Source: Amoebophrya sp. A120
Taxonomy: Eukaryota; Protista; Dinoflagellata
Length of the DNA: 64,000 bases
Direction: 5' to 3'
Assembly: GCA_905178155.1 (NCBI GenBank)
Contig: CAJINV010000003.1
Location: 9,369,979 to 9,433,978, forward strand
The position numbers were made by a program, and so were the translations under genes. The notes beneath the pieces were generated by a model that saw nothing but the letters and a program-made list of their open reading frames with translations, was not told the DNA's origin and searched no databases. Shown piece after piece: positions 49,991-62,500 of this stretch (positions are counted from its first letter, which is position 1; the number at the start of each line of letters is the position of its first letter).

Positions 49991-51292
49991 ATGCCGGCGG
50001 TTGTTGAATCGGCGGCGGTTTCGACCGTCCTCAGCGTGGAATGGGGCCCTGATGGGGTTTGGCCGTCGCCATTAGCAGAAGAACAGCCACGCCCTAGCGC
50101 ATCGAGAAAAGAGATGGAGAAACCCCGCTTGGGATACTCTATCTTCGGGGACAAGATTGTAGTTTGGCAAGGCGGCAGTGTTTGGCCAGGTATGTCTTTG
50201 AGACGACGGCCCCAACGGGTGCGTCCAAACCGATCGCACGCCCTGCAGTCGAGTGCTGCGGAGGACGTGCTTGACCTGCGGCACGTACCACGCCCGTTTT
50301 CGTCCTCACAAACCTCAGCCTCACGGACCAGAACGCACCTGTCACAGCCGCGCTCGGTAGAGGAGCAACTTGGTGTCTGGTCGTTTGTGGAAGGGGACAG
50401 GGCTGGTAGCGAGGCCTCACTTCGCACCTCGGCGGTCGCGTGTCACGACACGGAGGCTACCACAGGAAAGGAGGTGAAGCAAAATCGAACCACAAAGCCA
50501 GACGCGAGCGGCATTGGAGAGGAGAAAAAGGCGGAGCAAAGCGAGGGTGTGGATGTGCCGCCCCCTGCTGCTTCGGCAGGATGCGTGCGCGGAGAAGCAC
50601 AGGAAGAAGAGCTTGAGGAAGAGGCGCCTCCACCTTTGAATGCCGCGCTGGCAAATTTTGCCCAGCGCAAAGTAGCGGAGGAAAACTCTGCGAAACAGCA
50701 GCGGCTTTGGCAAGAAGAAGAGACCACGGCGGCTCCGTCTGATAGCTTGGCACCACCGCGGAATAAAGATGTAGGAAGTACGGAAGAAGAGACAGCTGCG
50801 GTCAATGCAGAGACTTTGGGATTGGATCCAGCATTCGCTCCTACCGCAGAGTGCCAGGATGCAGGCGCGCTGCTTGAGGCGGAGGACATGCGGCTCCAGC
50901 TGGAGATGCCGGAATTCAATCCTGCCCTAGCACGTTTTGCGAATCGAGCAAGGCTGACATCGGACGGTGGTGTGGTGGAAGAGCCTGACTCACGCACAGG
51001 TTACACAACACTGATCGAGGACTCTGCGGCTCCAGTAGATGGACTGACTTGCGCCGACAGCGACCTGCAACAGACGGAAAAGGATATCACGCCACCACAC
51101 CCTGAGCCTGACCCGTCATCACGCGAGCCGGGAAATGCGACGGACCCAACACTACTGGATAGCGTTCACGCAATGGAGCAGCGCGCTGACCTAAAAGAGG
51201 ATCCGCCCTCCGCGGACACACAGGCGGAACATTCGCTGTCGCGAACGAATTTGGATATTGGACAGGAGACGATGCTAACCGATGGAATTCAT
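49991..51292 (+). CDS. Gene 3 exon 1: low-complexity, acidic N-terminal region of a WD40-like protein
   Basis: ORF 49715-51337, first ATG at 49991. Joins ORF 51967 in frame once the 51293-51960 element is removed. Confidence 0.6.
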
Positions 51293-51960
51293 ATTAACGG
51301 CTTGAAGAATCCATCCTCCGGAGCATTCGAAAAATAACTCTGCGCGACATATCTGCTCTGCTGATTCCCTGGCCTTGAAACATAGCGCCAACATGACAGA
51401 GGCGATGACGATAATGCGTTTGTAGCTACTGCGCGAATTATCGCAGGCGGCACGAATCGTTTGGGCTTCTGGATTTTTTTTTGAATTTGCGAATTGCAAA
51501 TTTTTATGGCAAATCAATGCGCTGCTAAAATACTGCGGCAAACTTCCAATTTGCTGCAAGTTTTTGGCGTCGCAAGCAATACTATTGTTTCAAAATTTTG
51601 GACGCGGCCTAAAAGAGTTGGCTCCTTTAGGAATAGACTTAATCCGGCCTGCTGTGGCGCGTTGGCGCGACGCATATTCGAACGCGGCACAGCAAATTTG
51701 CAGCAAAGTCGCAACAAATTTGCAGCAAGTTTGCAACAAATTTGCGGGAAGTTTTACTTTAAGCAAGTTTCTAGTTGCGCGCCCCGCGGAGGCAGGAAGC
51801 TTCCCGGAAGCTTGCGAGCGGGGGCCGCGCATGATCTCGACAGATCTGACGACTTCGTGTGGCGCAAAGCTAGCCGCCTGCGTCTCTTTTCTTGTTCAAC
51901 AAAAAAGCCGCGGGCAGTATTTTTCGACAACGGCCAGAGTGGATACTTTAAACCGTTAAT
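51293..51960. mobile_element. Second-type introner-like intron (668 bp, about 50-bp imperfect TIR, 3-bp direct repeat CAT)
   Basis: Left ATTAACGGCTTGAAGAATCCA...TCGAAAAATA; right reverse complement ATTAACGGTTTAAAGTATCCA...TCGAAAAATA. CAT at 51290-51292 and 51961-51963. Removing 671 nt gives DGIH|TMPPPA. Confidence 0.8.
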
Positions 51961-51963
51961 CAT

Positions 51964-53604
51964 ACCATGCCGCCGCCAGCAAACTCCCCAAGCGTTTCGG
52001 GGTCCTCCAGGCGGCTGAATGTGCGCTCTTCATTTGAACCGACAATAGGGGGAAAAAGTAAAAGCATAGGTCCTAACAATAGTGCGACTCGTCATGGCAC
52101 GTATCCACGAGGGATGACTGTGAAGGACGATACCACAGCTGCGAATGTGTTTCGGTCGCTAGCCAATTCGCCTGCATGGTTGATGCTATCACAGTTCGAA
52201 GAACGGGACATTTTGAATTTTACGAACGAGGGATCTGCTACCCCGGCTGTAGCAAGACCTTCATCAGGGGGGCGGAGATTGCAAGAGTATCAGGAAAAGC
52301 AACAACGAAGCGGATTTTCGTCTGCGGGAAGTCGCGCGGTGAAAAAGGGTGAGATACGGACAGAAAGAGTGGCATTTCACGACGGCGAGGAGGTTGCAGG
52401 CAGACTGTCGGAGACGCACGACCTTCTTGGACATGCGTCTCCTTCGGAGTCAGAAATGCAGGGCGTGCATGGAGCAGGGCGCGAGCTATTCCGAGAGATA
52501 TGCAGCCCTGTTTCACCGTCGGGAGGAACCGAGAGCCTCCAACACAGCAGCGAGGTGACGGCTGCCTGCATGCTCTCGGGGCGGCTTCTGTTAAGCGCAA
52601 CAGAAAGCGGGCACTTGACTCTGTGGGACGTCGAATCGCACACGAAGAGGGCAACCGTGCAGCTCGATGCAGTTGTGCAAAAATCCGAGCGCGCAGCTCG
52701 ACTGCGTAGGCAGGCCGATGCGCATCGGGGGGGAAAAGGAAACCAAACTGGAGATCCTTGCTTTGCTGCAGCAGTGTGGATGCGGGAGAACGTCACGAAT
52801 ATTCGGCAGACCGAGCACGATTTGAGGGAGAAGAATGAAGAGGAGCAGTTGCGGCGAGAGTGGAAGCAAAAGCGCCGAGCGTCTACAAGTCCGGGGAAGC
52901 TTCGCACTGGCCCCTCCGCCGCACAGCTGGGCGCTGAACTCCAAGCGCCGGCTCCACTGGCGGAGCGCGTCGATACCGCACCGACACCAGGGCATTGCGG
53001 CCAATCCTCTGACTCTGTGGAAAGTTCTGCGTTCTCAATAGAACCGAACGAGGCCAAGGCGATTCGCATTCAAATAATAGCACCGCATCCCAGTGACGCG
53101 CGATTCGTGCTGCTTGTCACAACAGGAGGTTGGGTGCTATGGACTGATATCACGCTGACCCACGTTCGGGTGTATTTGCAGCTAGACCCTAGCGCCGTTT
53201 CTCGCTCTCTGGCCGACCGTTACAAAAGCCACTTCCTAGTTCGGAATAACAGCTACCCGAGTGTCGAAGAGGATAAAACCGTCTCGCCTTCTGCACTGCT
53301 AGTTTGGTGGGATAACCCCGCTACGCTACGGCGAAGACCACGGCAGCACGACCGCTATCGCTTCGCTCTTGCGACGAAGACAGCACTACGTTGCTACGAT
53401 GTACAGATTCCCGAACAGCCCCTCGCACTACCCGTGCCAGAGAGGCGACATTCTTCGCGCTATGTTGCTTTCTTTGATCCTCCTCAAGAGTCATCCTCAT
53501 GGGACTTGAGTCGAGACTTTTCCGAGCCGACTGAGTGCTGTTCGATTCTCCAGGCAGGCAGCTGGGGCGAAGTCACAGCCATGCAGTTTCACGACAGACT
53601 GTGC
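51964..53604 (+). CDS. Gene 3 exon 2: WD40-like repeats (3' boundary approximate)
   Basis: HSSEVTAACMLSGRLLLSATESGHLTLWDVES is a WD40-type repeat. Confidence 0.65.
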
Positions 53605-53820
53605 GTAAAAAGACTCGACGGGCCCCACCAAGTAGACGCTGCTCGCCAATTGATTTGATGGAAGCAGAGCACTAGCTCCGCGTGTATGTCCCTTTCGCTC
53701 CGATGGAGCCTCCGGGAGAACCCTGCCCCCTTGAGAACCCCCGGAAGCAGCCTTGCTCCCCCCGCGTCCCCGACCCCCTTCCCTCCTGCCTCTGTGGCTC
53801 CGGCACCTGGATTCCCCCTT

Positions 53821-54199
53821 TGTTGGTGCGCTCTAAACTCAGAACACAGCGAGGACGTTCGAATTGGTTCAAGTTTCAGAATCGGGGCGGTTTTATTGGG
53901 TTCAACGCGATTAGTAGCTGCAGAAAGTTTTGAAGTTCCATTTTGTTCATGTGAGTCATTTCAGTGGTGTGGTGGTTTAGTTTTAGTTTTGTTCTCTCTT
54001 GCTTTTCGATCTACGATTTTTGTACGTTTTGAAATTCCGAACGATTTTAAAGTCTGAATTTAGACCGAGGGGCTTGGTATGGTGACCGGCGTCAACATAT
54101 GTTGACACCGGTCAACATACCAATAGAAACCGACTCGATTCCGGAACTTGAACCAATTCGAACCTCCTCGCTGTGTTCTGAGTTTAGACCGCACCAACG
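53821..54199. mobile_element. MITE-like element, about 79-bp TIRs, TGTTGG...CCAACG ends, 5-bp TSD CCCTT
   Basis: 53822-53899 is the near reverse complement of 54120-54198. CCCTT at 53816-53820 and 54200-54204. Confidence 0.85.
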
Positions 54200-55763
54200 C
54201 CCTTATATATGAGAACGCGGCCCCTTCCGCCCGGCTACTCGTCCGGGAGCCCGGAAAATGCGCCCCGGCCCGCGTTGAGCGAACCAGGAACCCGGCCTGT
54301 GGCTCATCGCCCCGCCCGCCCCCGTCCCTCGGCCCCTTCCCGGGACCCCCCCGGCCCCTCGCCGCGGAGCGTACCTCTGCGAGTCCCCGCTTGCCTCCGA
54401 CAGCCCGGGACCTATTCGGGCGGCCCCACCTCGTGCGGCTTTCCTCCTCGCGCGAGCGGTGCGGCCCCTTTCGGGGGAGCCCCGGCCCCCGCTGCGGAGC
54501 CCGGCATTCGTAACCCGGCCCGGACAGCCCAGCAGCCGCAGCGAGCGGGGCCCAGAGTGCGGGCAGCCAAGGCACACAATTGCCTGCGTCGCTGTCGCAG
54601 CCACACGGCGCACAGGCTGAAATCCGGGTGCAGACATGCGGCACCCCCTTCCCTCCCCCAACGAAGGAGCTTCGGAGGCTGGCCCGGCAGCCGGCGCTGC
54701 GGGCGGTGGGCCGTGTAAGTAGGTACTACCGCGGCCGGCGCCGCCCGGTGTTTTGTTTCCTTGTATCTTGGCGCCGGCCGCCACCCGGCGCTTTTCTTGG
54801 TCTCCGAGGAACCGCGGGAGCGGGCCCCGGCGCGGGGGCAGCCATGCATGTGCCGACGCTGGGCCCGCTTGGCCCGGGCCCGGGGGCAACCACAAGAAAA
54901 AACACGCGTGGGAAAGGCCCCCGCGCGTCGGCGCCGGGTGGTGTTGTGCGGGCTGCTTGACCCTGGCATATTGGCAGCCAATCAAGAACAAGAGGGGCGT
55001 TGCTGCCGCACAAGTTAGGGAGCGGCAGCGGCGGGGGGCACGCATATTGCCCCAAGCGCCGTGCCACCGCGGCGGTCGGGGGGACGGTGGGCAAGATGGC
55101 ACACGCCCGCAGGTCGCGGCCACGCGCAGCCGCCCGGTGCGCGGCACGCAGGGAAGGCACTGCCCGCTCGTGCCATCGCGTTTGTCTTCAGAGGGGCAGT
55201 GCCGCGAAGGCGACCCGGGCTTACGTTGGTTGGTGCAGGTGCTGCCGCTTGCCAGGCGTTGGAAGCCGTGGAGCGCATGCAGGAAGGGGGGGCCGGCACG
55301 CCTTTTTCGTAGATTCTCAGCCACCTCAGGGGGGGGGGCCGCAAACCGTCCGAACAAGGCGCAGAAAGAGGCGTGGAATTTTTTAAACAGGAAGACCGCT
55401 AAGATGCGCCGAGCCAGTCGCGCCCAAGAGATGACAGTAAATGGCCCGTAAGCTTGTTATGCACGTATTCTAGTACTCAGGGCCAGCGGTCGCGGCCGCA
55501 AATGTTTTCTTTCATTTTTGGGAATCGGCGAAGCGCTGCGGCCAGGCCGGCTGGGGAAGCTGGGGGGCCAAAAACAATTGGCGTCGTGTGTGCTAGGTCA
55601 GAAAGACACGCGCGGTCCTTGTGCTGCTTGCTCCCCGGAGGTGTGGCGAATCCCCTTGCGGGTCTCGCGGTTCCCTAACACCATGGATCTGGTGGCCGCT
55701 CGCTTCCAGATTTTTGCGTTTGCCTGTGTGCAGACACTGGGACTGAGAACAAATCAATGATAG

Positions 55764-56017
55764 CCGCAACTTGGAGGTGGCCTGCTTTTGTTTTATCACG
55801 GGTCTGTCTTTTTCTTGGCGGTCTCCAGCAGTGGACACTTGACGCTATGGCTTCTGCAAGTCGGGTCCAAGAGTATTTTGCCGCTAAAGCAATTTCCCAA
55901 TCCAACAAGCGAGCTATTCTTCTGCCCGAAGTTGGAGCTGGGTGTCCTAGAGTTTTTCCAGGTTGAGCCAGACCGAAGTGATGATTGGTGCATGAAATTC
56001 TCGCAACTTTCTCTGCG
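55764..56017 (+). CDS. Possible further exon of gene 3 (WD40-like)
   Basis: FLAVSSSGHLTLWLLQV repeats the SGHLTLW heptapeptide of exon 2. Preceded by TAG and followed by a GTAAGT donor. Confidence 0.45.
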
Positions 56018-56194
56018 GTAAGTTTCTTGATCGATGGCCCACCATTTGCGATTTACTTACTTAACTATGTATACTATCTATTAATAGCAATTCCAATGCC
56101 ATAGCCTACAAGCCTGGACGTGGGTCCTTGGGGGGCCTGCAGGGCTTGTTGTTGTCCGGATCAAACTCGTCGTTTGCGGCTTCGCTTTGAATCT

Positions 56195-56322
56195 CGCAAA
56201 AGCCGCGGGCCCTTTGTGGGCCCGCGTTAGAGTGCGCGGCTGTGCTTTCGAAGACACGCGCAAAAGCCCTGGACCCATCGGGGGCCCGCGCTAGTGCGTC
56301 TGGTTGCGTTTCCAAAAGGACG
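56195..56322. repeat. Diverged tandem duplication, period about 64 bp
   Basis: CGCAAAAGCC...GGGCCCGCG.TAG occurs at 56195 and 56259. Confidence 0.6.
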
Positions 56323-56342
56323 CTCCGACAAACTTGCTTCAA

Positions 56343-56523
56343 AGTCGGAGGCGGCTGAACTCCGCGCCGTTTTTGCCGCGCGCGCGACGCCGATCCCTCG
56401 CGACTTCGTTTGGCCGCTTCTGGTTTCGAGTTAGTCGGAGGCGGCTGAACTCCGTGGCTTTTTTTGTCGTGCGCGCGACGCCGATCCCTCACGACTTCGT
56501 TCGGCTGCATCTGGTTTCCCGAG
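56343..56523. repeat. Tandem duplication, 2 x about 90 bp
   Basis: AGTCGGAGGCGGCTGAACTCCG...GCGCGCGACGCCGATCCCTC.CGACTTCGTT.GGC starts at 56343 and 56433. Confidence 0.85.
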
Positions 56524-59500
56524 CGACGGTCGTGTTGGCCTGCACTCCGAAGTGGCTGCGACCAGAATCGGCCCGGCCTTTCCGTAAAGGTTGCTAACTC
56601 CACCCCCTCGCTCCTCTCGTGTCTGCCTCTGTGAGAGACCACTGCGAATCAAAGCAAAAAGGCCTGGGGGTGCACGCGGAACGCTGTTGTGCAACGTACT
56701 TGGGACGAATTTTATGAAATAACACGTGCCGAGCCCAGCGGGCTCGTGGCGGTCCCGCGCTCCAGGCTCCTATACAGAACTACGCTGGCACGCATCTGCG
56801 ATGATATTTGTTGTACCAAAGGCTTCACTTCTTTATCGAATGCTGCAGGTTTGACGCCGACGCATCAGAGCTCACTTTTGCGCCACACAGAGTCGAGTGG
56901 TTTGCAGCTGATACCGAAGTCCTTGCGGCCGTTGTTGAGGAAGTAAGGGAGCAGTAAGTGCCGACTTGTGAAAAGTATTCGCTTTTGTCTAACATTCCAT
57001 CAGCAACGTTTCAGGCAAGGCGCGTCACGTGCTTTCACCTTAACCTTGTTGTGGAAACTCGTCCTGTCTTCCGTGTTTGTGCCGGTTGCAGCAGGGTGCA
57101 TTTTCCTGAGTTGCGATGTTTCTGTTTGTGTTTGTCAGTCTTCAATGCAAAGTGAAGGTGAGGGCACTTAAACACTAGAGGCCACAAAGCTTCGAAGAGT
57201 CTGACCTTTTTGTACTATGAAAATATGTACGTTATTAATGCCGCAAGGCGGTCGCCAGTATCGCATCGTCGTCATTAAGACGTGGGTCACATGTTGTACC
57301 ATTTCAGAAACACTACTAGGCAGCTCGCACACAGATTTTCGCTTGCCACGGCAATTTTAGCAGACTGCCGAAGAAGCTCAGTCACGAGTTCTCCCTCTCG
57401 CCTGTGAGTTCTTGGGGGGCCGGCGTAAATCTGCAACTTCTCGCCAGATGAATTTTTGTGAATGCGAATCGGCATGATTATGACGATTCGACGCATGTCA
57501 TCGCGCATGAAGGAGTACTCGAAGAGGGTCTATGGACTGCCGCGAAGCTTATTTTACTTTTTGCCAAGTGCCGCCTCCTATCCTCATCTTTTGATCCATT
57601 GCAAATGGAGCTACAACTCGCGCCACAATAAATTTGCGTTCCTCCAGCGTTGCACTAGACGACGCGAGCGCATGCTTTGGGCCGTAGATACATGTTAACG
57701 AACACCAGCAGACGTCTTTGAGACGTGCTCTCAGTCACAGGGTGGCTCCAGGGTCAGTACTTTTTCGACATGACGCATGCGAGTTTATATATTCATTTGC
57801 ATAGAACGTGGTCTACAAATTAATTTCCGGCAACATATGCTGTGAGGAAGACTGCATCCGGACCGGCCCACCTTGCATGCTCGGGCTGGTCGAGGGTCTC
57901 GGATGTCCTTGTGGCACAGAAGAGTCGCTCGGGGCGACGTTCTTGGTCCGACAAAAAATGAAAAAAAGAGCGGACACTCGCTACGCAGAATGTCCTTGCT
58001 GTTGCTGTTTCATGTTGGCAAAAGCTAGCACTCGCAAGACCGCGAATGTTGCGGCTTCATATGGAACTGCCTCTACGGCGACCCGCCCCGGACGCATGCG
58101 GGACCACATGAGCATGCGAAAACGCCTATCATGCACAATAATGGGCCCACCATGGCTGTTGCAGACTGACATTCCAGTTTCGGAAATTGATCAGAGAAAC
58201 TGAAGTGCCATTGTAGACTGTAGAACGACGCCGGAAGTACATCAGCATTTTGTTTTCGGGGAAGCACACAACAGAAAGAACCGAGAGTCTGCGGGAAATG
58301 TTTGACTTCTCCGCAGCGGTTCTGTCCCGGCTTCTCAGAGGGTGCGCTGCCCCGCAGGGGGCCCTTTTCCACTTGGGCCCCCCGAATACTAGGCATGCGC
58401 CATCCACCGTTCGGGGAAGCGCTTCCCCGCACGCGTCCTCTGCCTCGCACCGGGCGACCCGCACGTCCATTGCTCTGTAGCTCGATTTAGCAGGGGGTGA
58501 CTCGGACGGTTCGCAGCCTTTAGAGATATTCTTTCTCCAGGGCGGCGCCGCTGCCACGACTAGGGCCGCCCCCCATCGCTCGGCCGGCTCCCAGCGCAGA
58601 AAAGTATCGCTTTCCCGGTTGCAAGTGGCGCCCAGGGGAGGCACTTCTCGGCCGGGTGTGGTCCGCCCGAGCCATCTTGGCCCCAGCGGGAGAGGGGAGG
58701 CCGGGACCTGCCCCCGACCCGCCCCCATTAGGGTTGCTGTCGCTGCGGTTCGGGGCCCGAGCAGTATCCAGTGCAAAAGTATCGCATTTGCATAAATCGA
58801 GAAGGTATTTGCATGGAACGTGACACATCTACACGCAAACTTTTGCGGTCACTGTTGTACTACTAGGTAAAAAAGTACAAGTGCAAGGCTGTTTGTAGCC
58901 TACGCGAATTGGAATTATACTGCCACCCTTCCCCATCGAGTTTCCCTACGAACTTGGCACGAACTTCGGAGCCAACTTGTTAGGAACTTCCGAGCTAGTT
59001 CGTGAGTTACTCGAGCATGGAACTCATAGGAGTGCGATATTTCTGCACTGGATAGGTGGCCTGTCCGTGGCGACCCGCCGCGGGCCCCTAGATGCCCTCA
59101 AGTGCGGCGCGCCGGCCCGCAAAGGTAGCTCCTCGCCCCGTTCGCAGATTCTGTCGCCGCAGTTTGTTGAGAAGTCGTCGCAGAAAGAGGCTTTCATTCT
59201 TTGTAAAACCCGCGCAGAATCCGCTGGAAAAGTCTGTCGACGAACCAAGATGATAAATAGCCCCGCGGGAGGGGGAGCAGGGGCTTAACGGGTGCAGAGA
59301 GCGTGGCGCCAGCGCAGCAACCCGGGGGAGACTAGTTTATGTCGGGGCTCCAGCGTCGACGCTTGGACGCCGGGGCCGGGCCACTACAGGAATGGTTTCC
59401 CCGAGACTTCGCAAAGGCCCAAGCGCACCCGCTTGCCCCCCAATTTCCCTTGAGACCATTCGTGCAGGTCCTCGGAAAGTCGTTGAGGCCTCCCAGGCCG

Positions 59501-62500
59501 TTCAGATGCACTCGCTGAGATGCAGCCGTTGAGATCCCTGTATAGCAACCAACTATTGCCCTGCTTTCGTTTTTTGGCTCTGTGGCGTAGAAAAGTCTAT
59601 GCGGCTTTATAAAAAGATATGAAGCTGTTTGTTTGAATTCTGAAATAATATTTACGCGGTTGTAGAACTGGGAGACTCGGGTGGCAAAAAAAGTCCTCTG
59701 GGTGCGACATTTTTGAACATGATAGCGCAAGCGTGCCGACCATTTTCGACCTGCTGAAGGCAGCAAGCCGCCTCCGCAGCATTGTCCATTGAAGGGGCAC
59801 ATAATTCCACTAACCATGACGCGTGGACAGCTATTTCTTCTGTATCCCGGGCTACACACATTCGCGCGCGTTCGTTTCGTTTCCCCAGCGAGTAACCCAA
59901 ATATAACTACCAGGTAAGGCAATTTCTTGTGAGAAAGTGACGCTGTCAGACCTAAAAATCCCAGGAAGTCAATGGATTCACTCTTGTACCGGAATCGCAG
60001 TTGTGAAAAAAAAACACCAGACAGCCGGCACACCGTTCGGCTTGCGGGTGTTTTTTTTCTCTACCCCGATGTCCGCCCAAAGCAAGGAATTTACGGGCCG
60101 GGAAGCCAGGAAGTGCTGGCCGGTACGCCCGCGCAAATTTGCCAACCACCAGGCACGAGCCCGCTGGGCGTTTTGGGCCAAATATTGGCCAGCAAGCCTG
60201 CGCAGATTTGCAGCCTCGGGGCTTTTTTGTAGAGGACCCCGGAGAGGATTCCCCAGCCCCACGGCCGGAATTCCCTGCTCCATCCAATTTGGCCCGTTTG
60301 CCCCGACCGTCGCGGGGTGGCACGCGGGGGCAAAGTTTGGGGATGGGCTTTGGCAGAGGTTTCCGGCAGGGCGGGTGATCCCCCCAGGCAACGGAGAACT
60401 CCACTCCAGCCGGGCGAGGCCCCGGGGGGATAGCGCATCACCCACTGGCCGGGGGAACCGCCTGGGTACGGAAGAGCCCCTGAAGACCCGGGGAACACCC
60501 GGGGAAAGGGGGGTCCCCGGACTGCGAGCGAGGTGAGCACCAAAGGTTTTGCCCAGCCCCGGGGGTGCGGTGACATTTTTTGGTTCCTGGTTTTATTAAG
60601 GGTACAATCCAGGCCACATTACTTGGCGTCACGTTGGTAGCGTCAAGCTTAAAATAGAATGAACGTATATTGAATCTGCTGCCCGCTCAGAGTTTTAGTT
60701 TTTCATGCGACTCTGCAGCACTCACGCATAAACTTTTGCATGTTTCAAGTCTCAAGACTTTCATGGGCTCACGCACATCCGAGATCGCGAGGGCGAAGAG
60801 GGGGTCTCCAAGCCGAAAAAAAATGAATCAAGTTAGCAGCGTAGGGGTCTAGGGTTTCAGGTTTCTGGCCGTCGGCCAGGGTGGCTGACGTCTCTCTTCC
60901 GTGCCGTGGTTGCGTCGATGCGTGCCCGGAGCCTTGCTTGCCTTCGTGTTAAATTTCTCCCGAGTGTCCCCCCTTGTCTCTGTCGCCCAGTACTTCCTTG
61001 TCCGGGACAGCATTCCGATGGGCCTTTTGGGCCGCCCGGTGTTCGTTTGGACCGTAGACATTGAAGCGTCTAGGCTTCTGCCTTCCTAGTTGACGCAACT
61101 TGATTCGAAAATAAACGCGACTCGGCTACAAATTCCGCTAACTTGACGCGAGCACAAAGCTCCAAGCTAGATTTGGCCTAGTGTGATCTGGGTGATTTGT
61201 TCCTGTATTAGATGGCACATGTTCATCTTGCCTATAATACAGAACAAGCATGAGAGCGCCATCGTGTTTCGTGATATACGGCTGACAGCGTCACCGGTTC
61301 TGCTGTTTTAGCTGGCTTGGATTTGTGATGACAGTTGTTCTTACCGGTATTTCTTCCTTCGTGTTGGTTATTGAAAAAAAGATGTAAATTTACATGCTGG
61401 AAATATTCATCAGGTATACGGCCTGGGATACAAAGTTAAGGCTTGCCGAAGTTGGTCCGCGGGGGTGTCCGAACAAGCTTGGGCTTGGAAATTTCAAAGC
61501 ACGACACTACACCAAAGGGCAGCGCAGCAGCTTGCCGCTCTTCGGTTTTGATTAGATAGGTTCACAGCGTTTTCGGGAATTCATCAGCGAAGCAGCCTAG
61601 GCTCTAGCTTTTCACAAGCGCGAGTTCCTGCTTCGGAGGAATTAGAGCGGTGCTCTTTCCTTCTGGGCGGTGAGTGATGCGATACATAGAAACTTTTACG
61701 CGCTCGAATTCTTTAGGCCCTTCTCCGTGCACTTGCAGGTGCTTGGGGACACGAGGGCCATAGGGGTCACGACTGCTGTTAGTGTTGCAACGGCTTCTAC
61801 AACCATATTCCCTTGATTTCGAATATTCGAAGACTCCAACAGTCCTGCCGCCTCACCTCGCGCGCCGCTTGCACCAAGCTGAAAGAGAAGTGCGCTGCGC
61901 TTGCGCCAGCTTTTCGGAGCCGGAGCCGCCTTCCTTACGGCTTCCTTTCTTTTTAGGGTTGCACGCTGGAGCGCGCAGCAAGGGGCGATAGAATTTGTTT
62001 CGAAGATCGAAGCTCGCTCGCGCCATACGCTGGACTGATTTTGGCCCGCTTTAACAGACGTTTCGACTTTGGCGGGTGCGGAGCCACAGTATTCAACTTC
62101 CAAGCGTTACACCAGAGAGCAAGTCAGGCCACTGTCCCTGGAGCAGAGTATCGAGAGCATGATTTTGGGATCTCCGTTCTTGCGTCCTGCGCGTCTGTCT
62201 CCGTTTTCTAGTATGGGAACAAGGAATAGAGGCACTGTGGGAACCGCTCTGTGATGCGAACGAGTTTGCAGCCTGTGTGCTATCGTGGACGACTACTGCA
62301 GGGTAAACCACAACCAAAACGGACAGGCATTTCGTGTGCCTAGATTGCATACTTAGGTTTTACCTTCTAGATAATACTTTCGTGTCACAGAGCAACCCGA
62401 AGCAGTGCCAGCGCCACTACATCTTGATATTGGTTTCGTACAAGCCGAAGCCGAAGAAGCGGCCAGCTACGCTTCCGGACAAGGCGCCGAGCTTCTTACA

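Noticed and set aside
54060-55451. Multiple 120-384 aa ORFs on both strands
   Set aside because: Extreme GC content suppresses stops, and the products are Arg/Gly/Pro/Ala-rich without domain signatures.
58481-58801. CTCGATTTA...TAAATCGAG inverted ends around a GC-rich block
   Set aside because: The match is short, there is no target duplication and no flanking reading frame to test.
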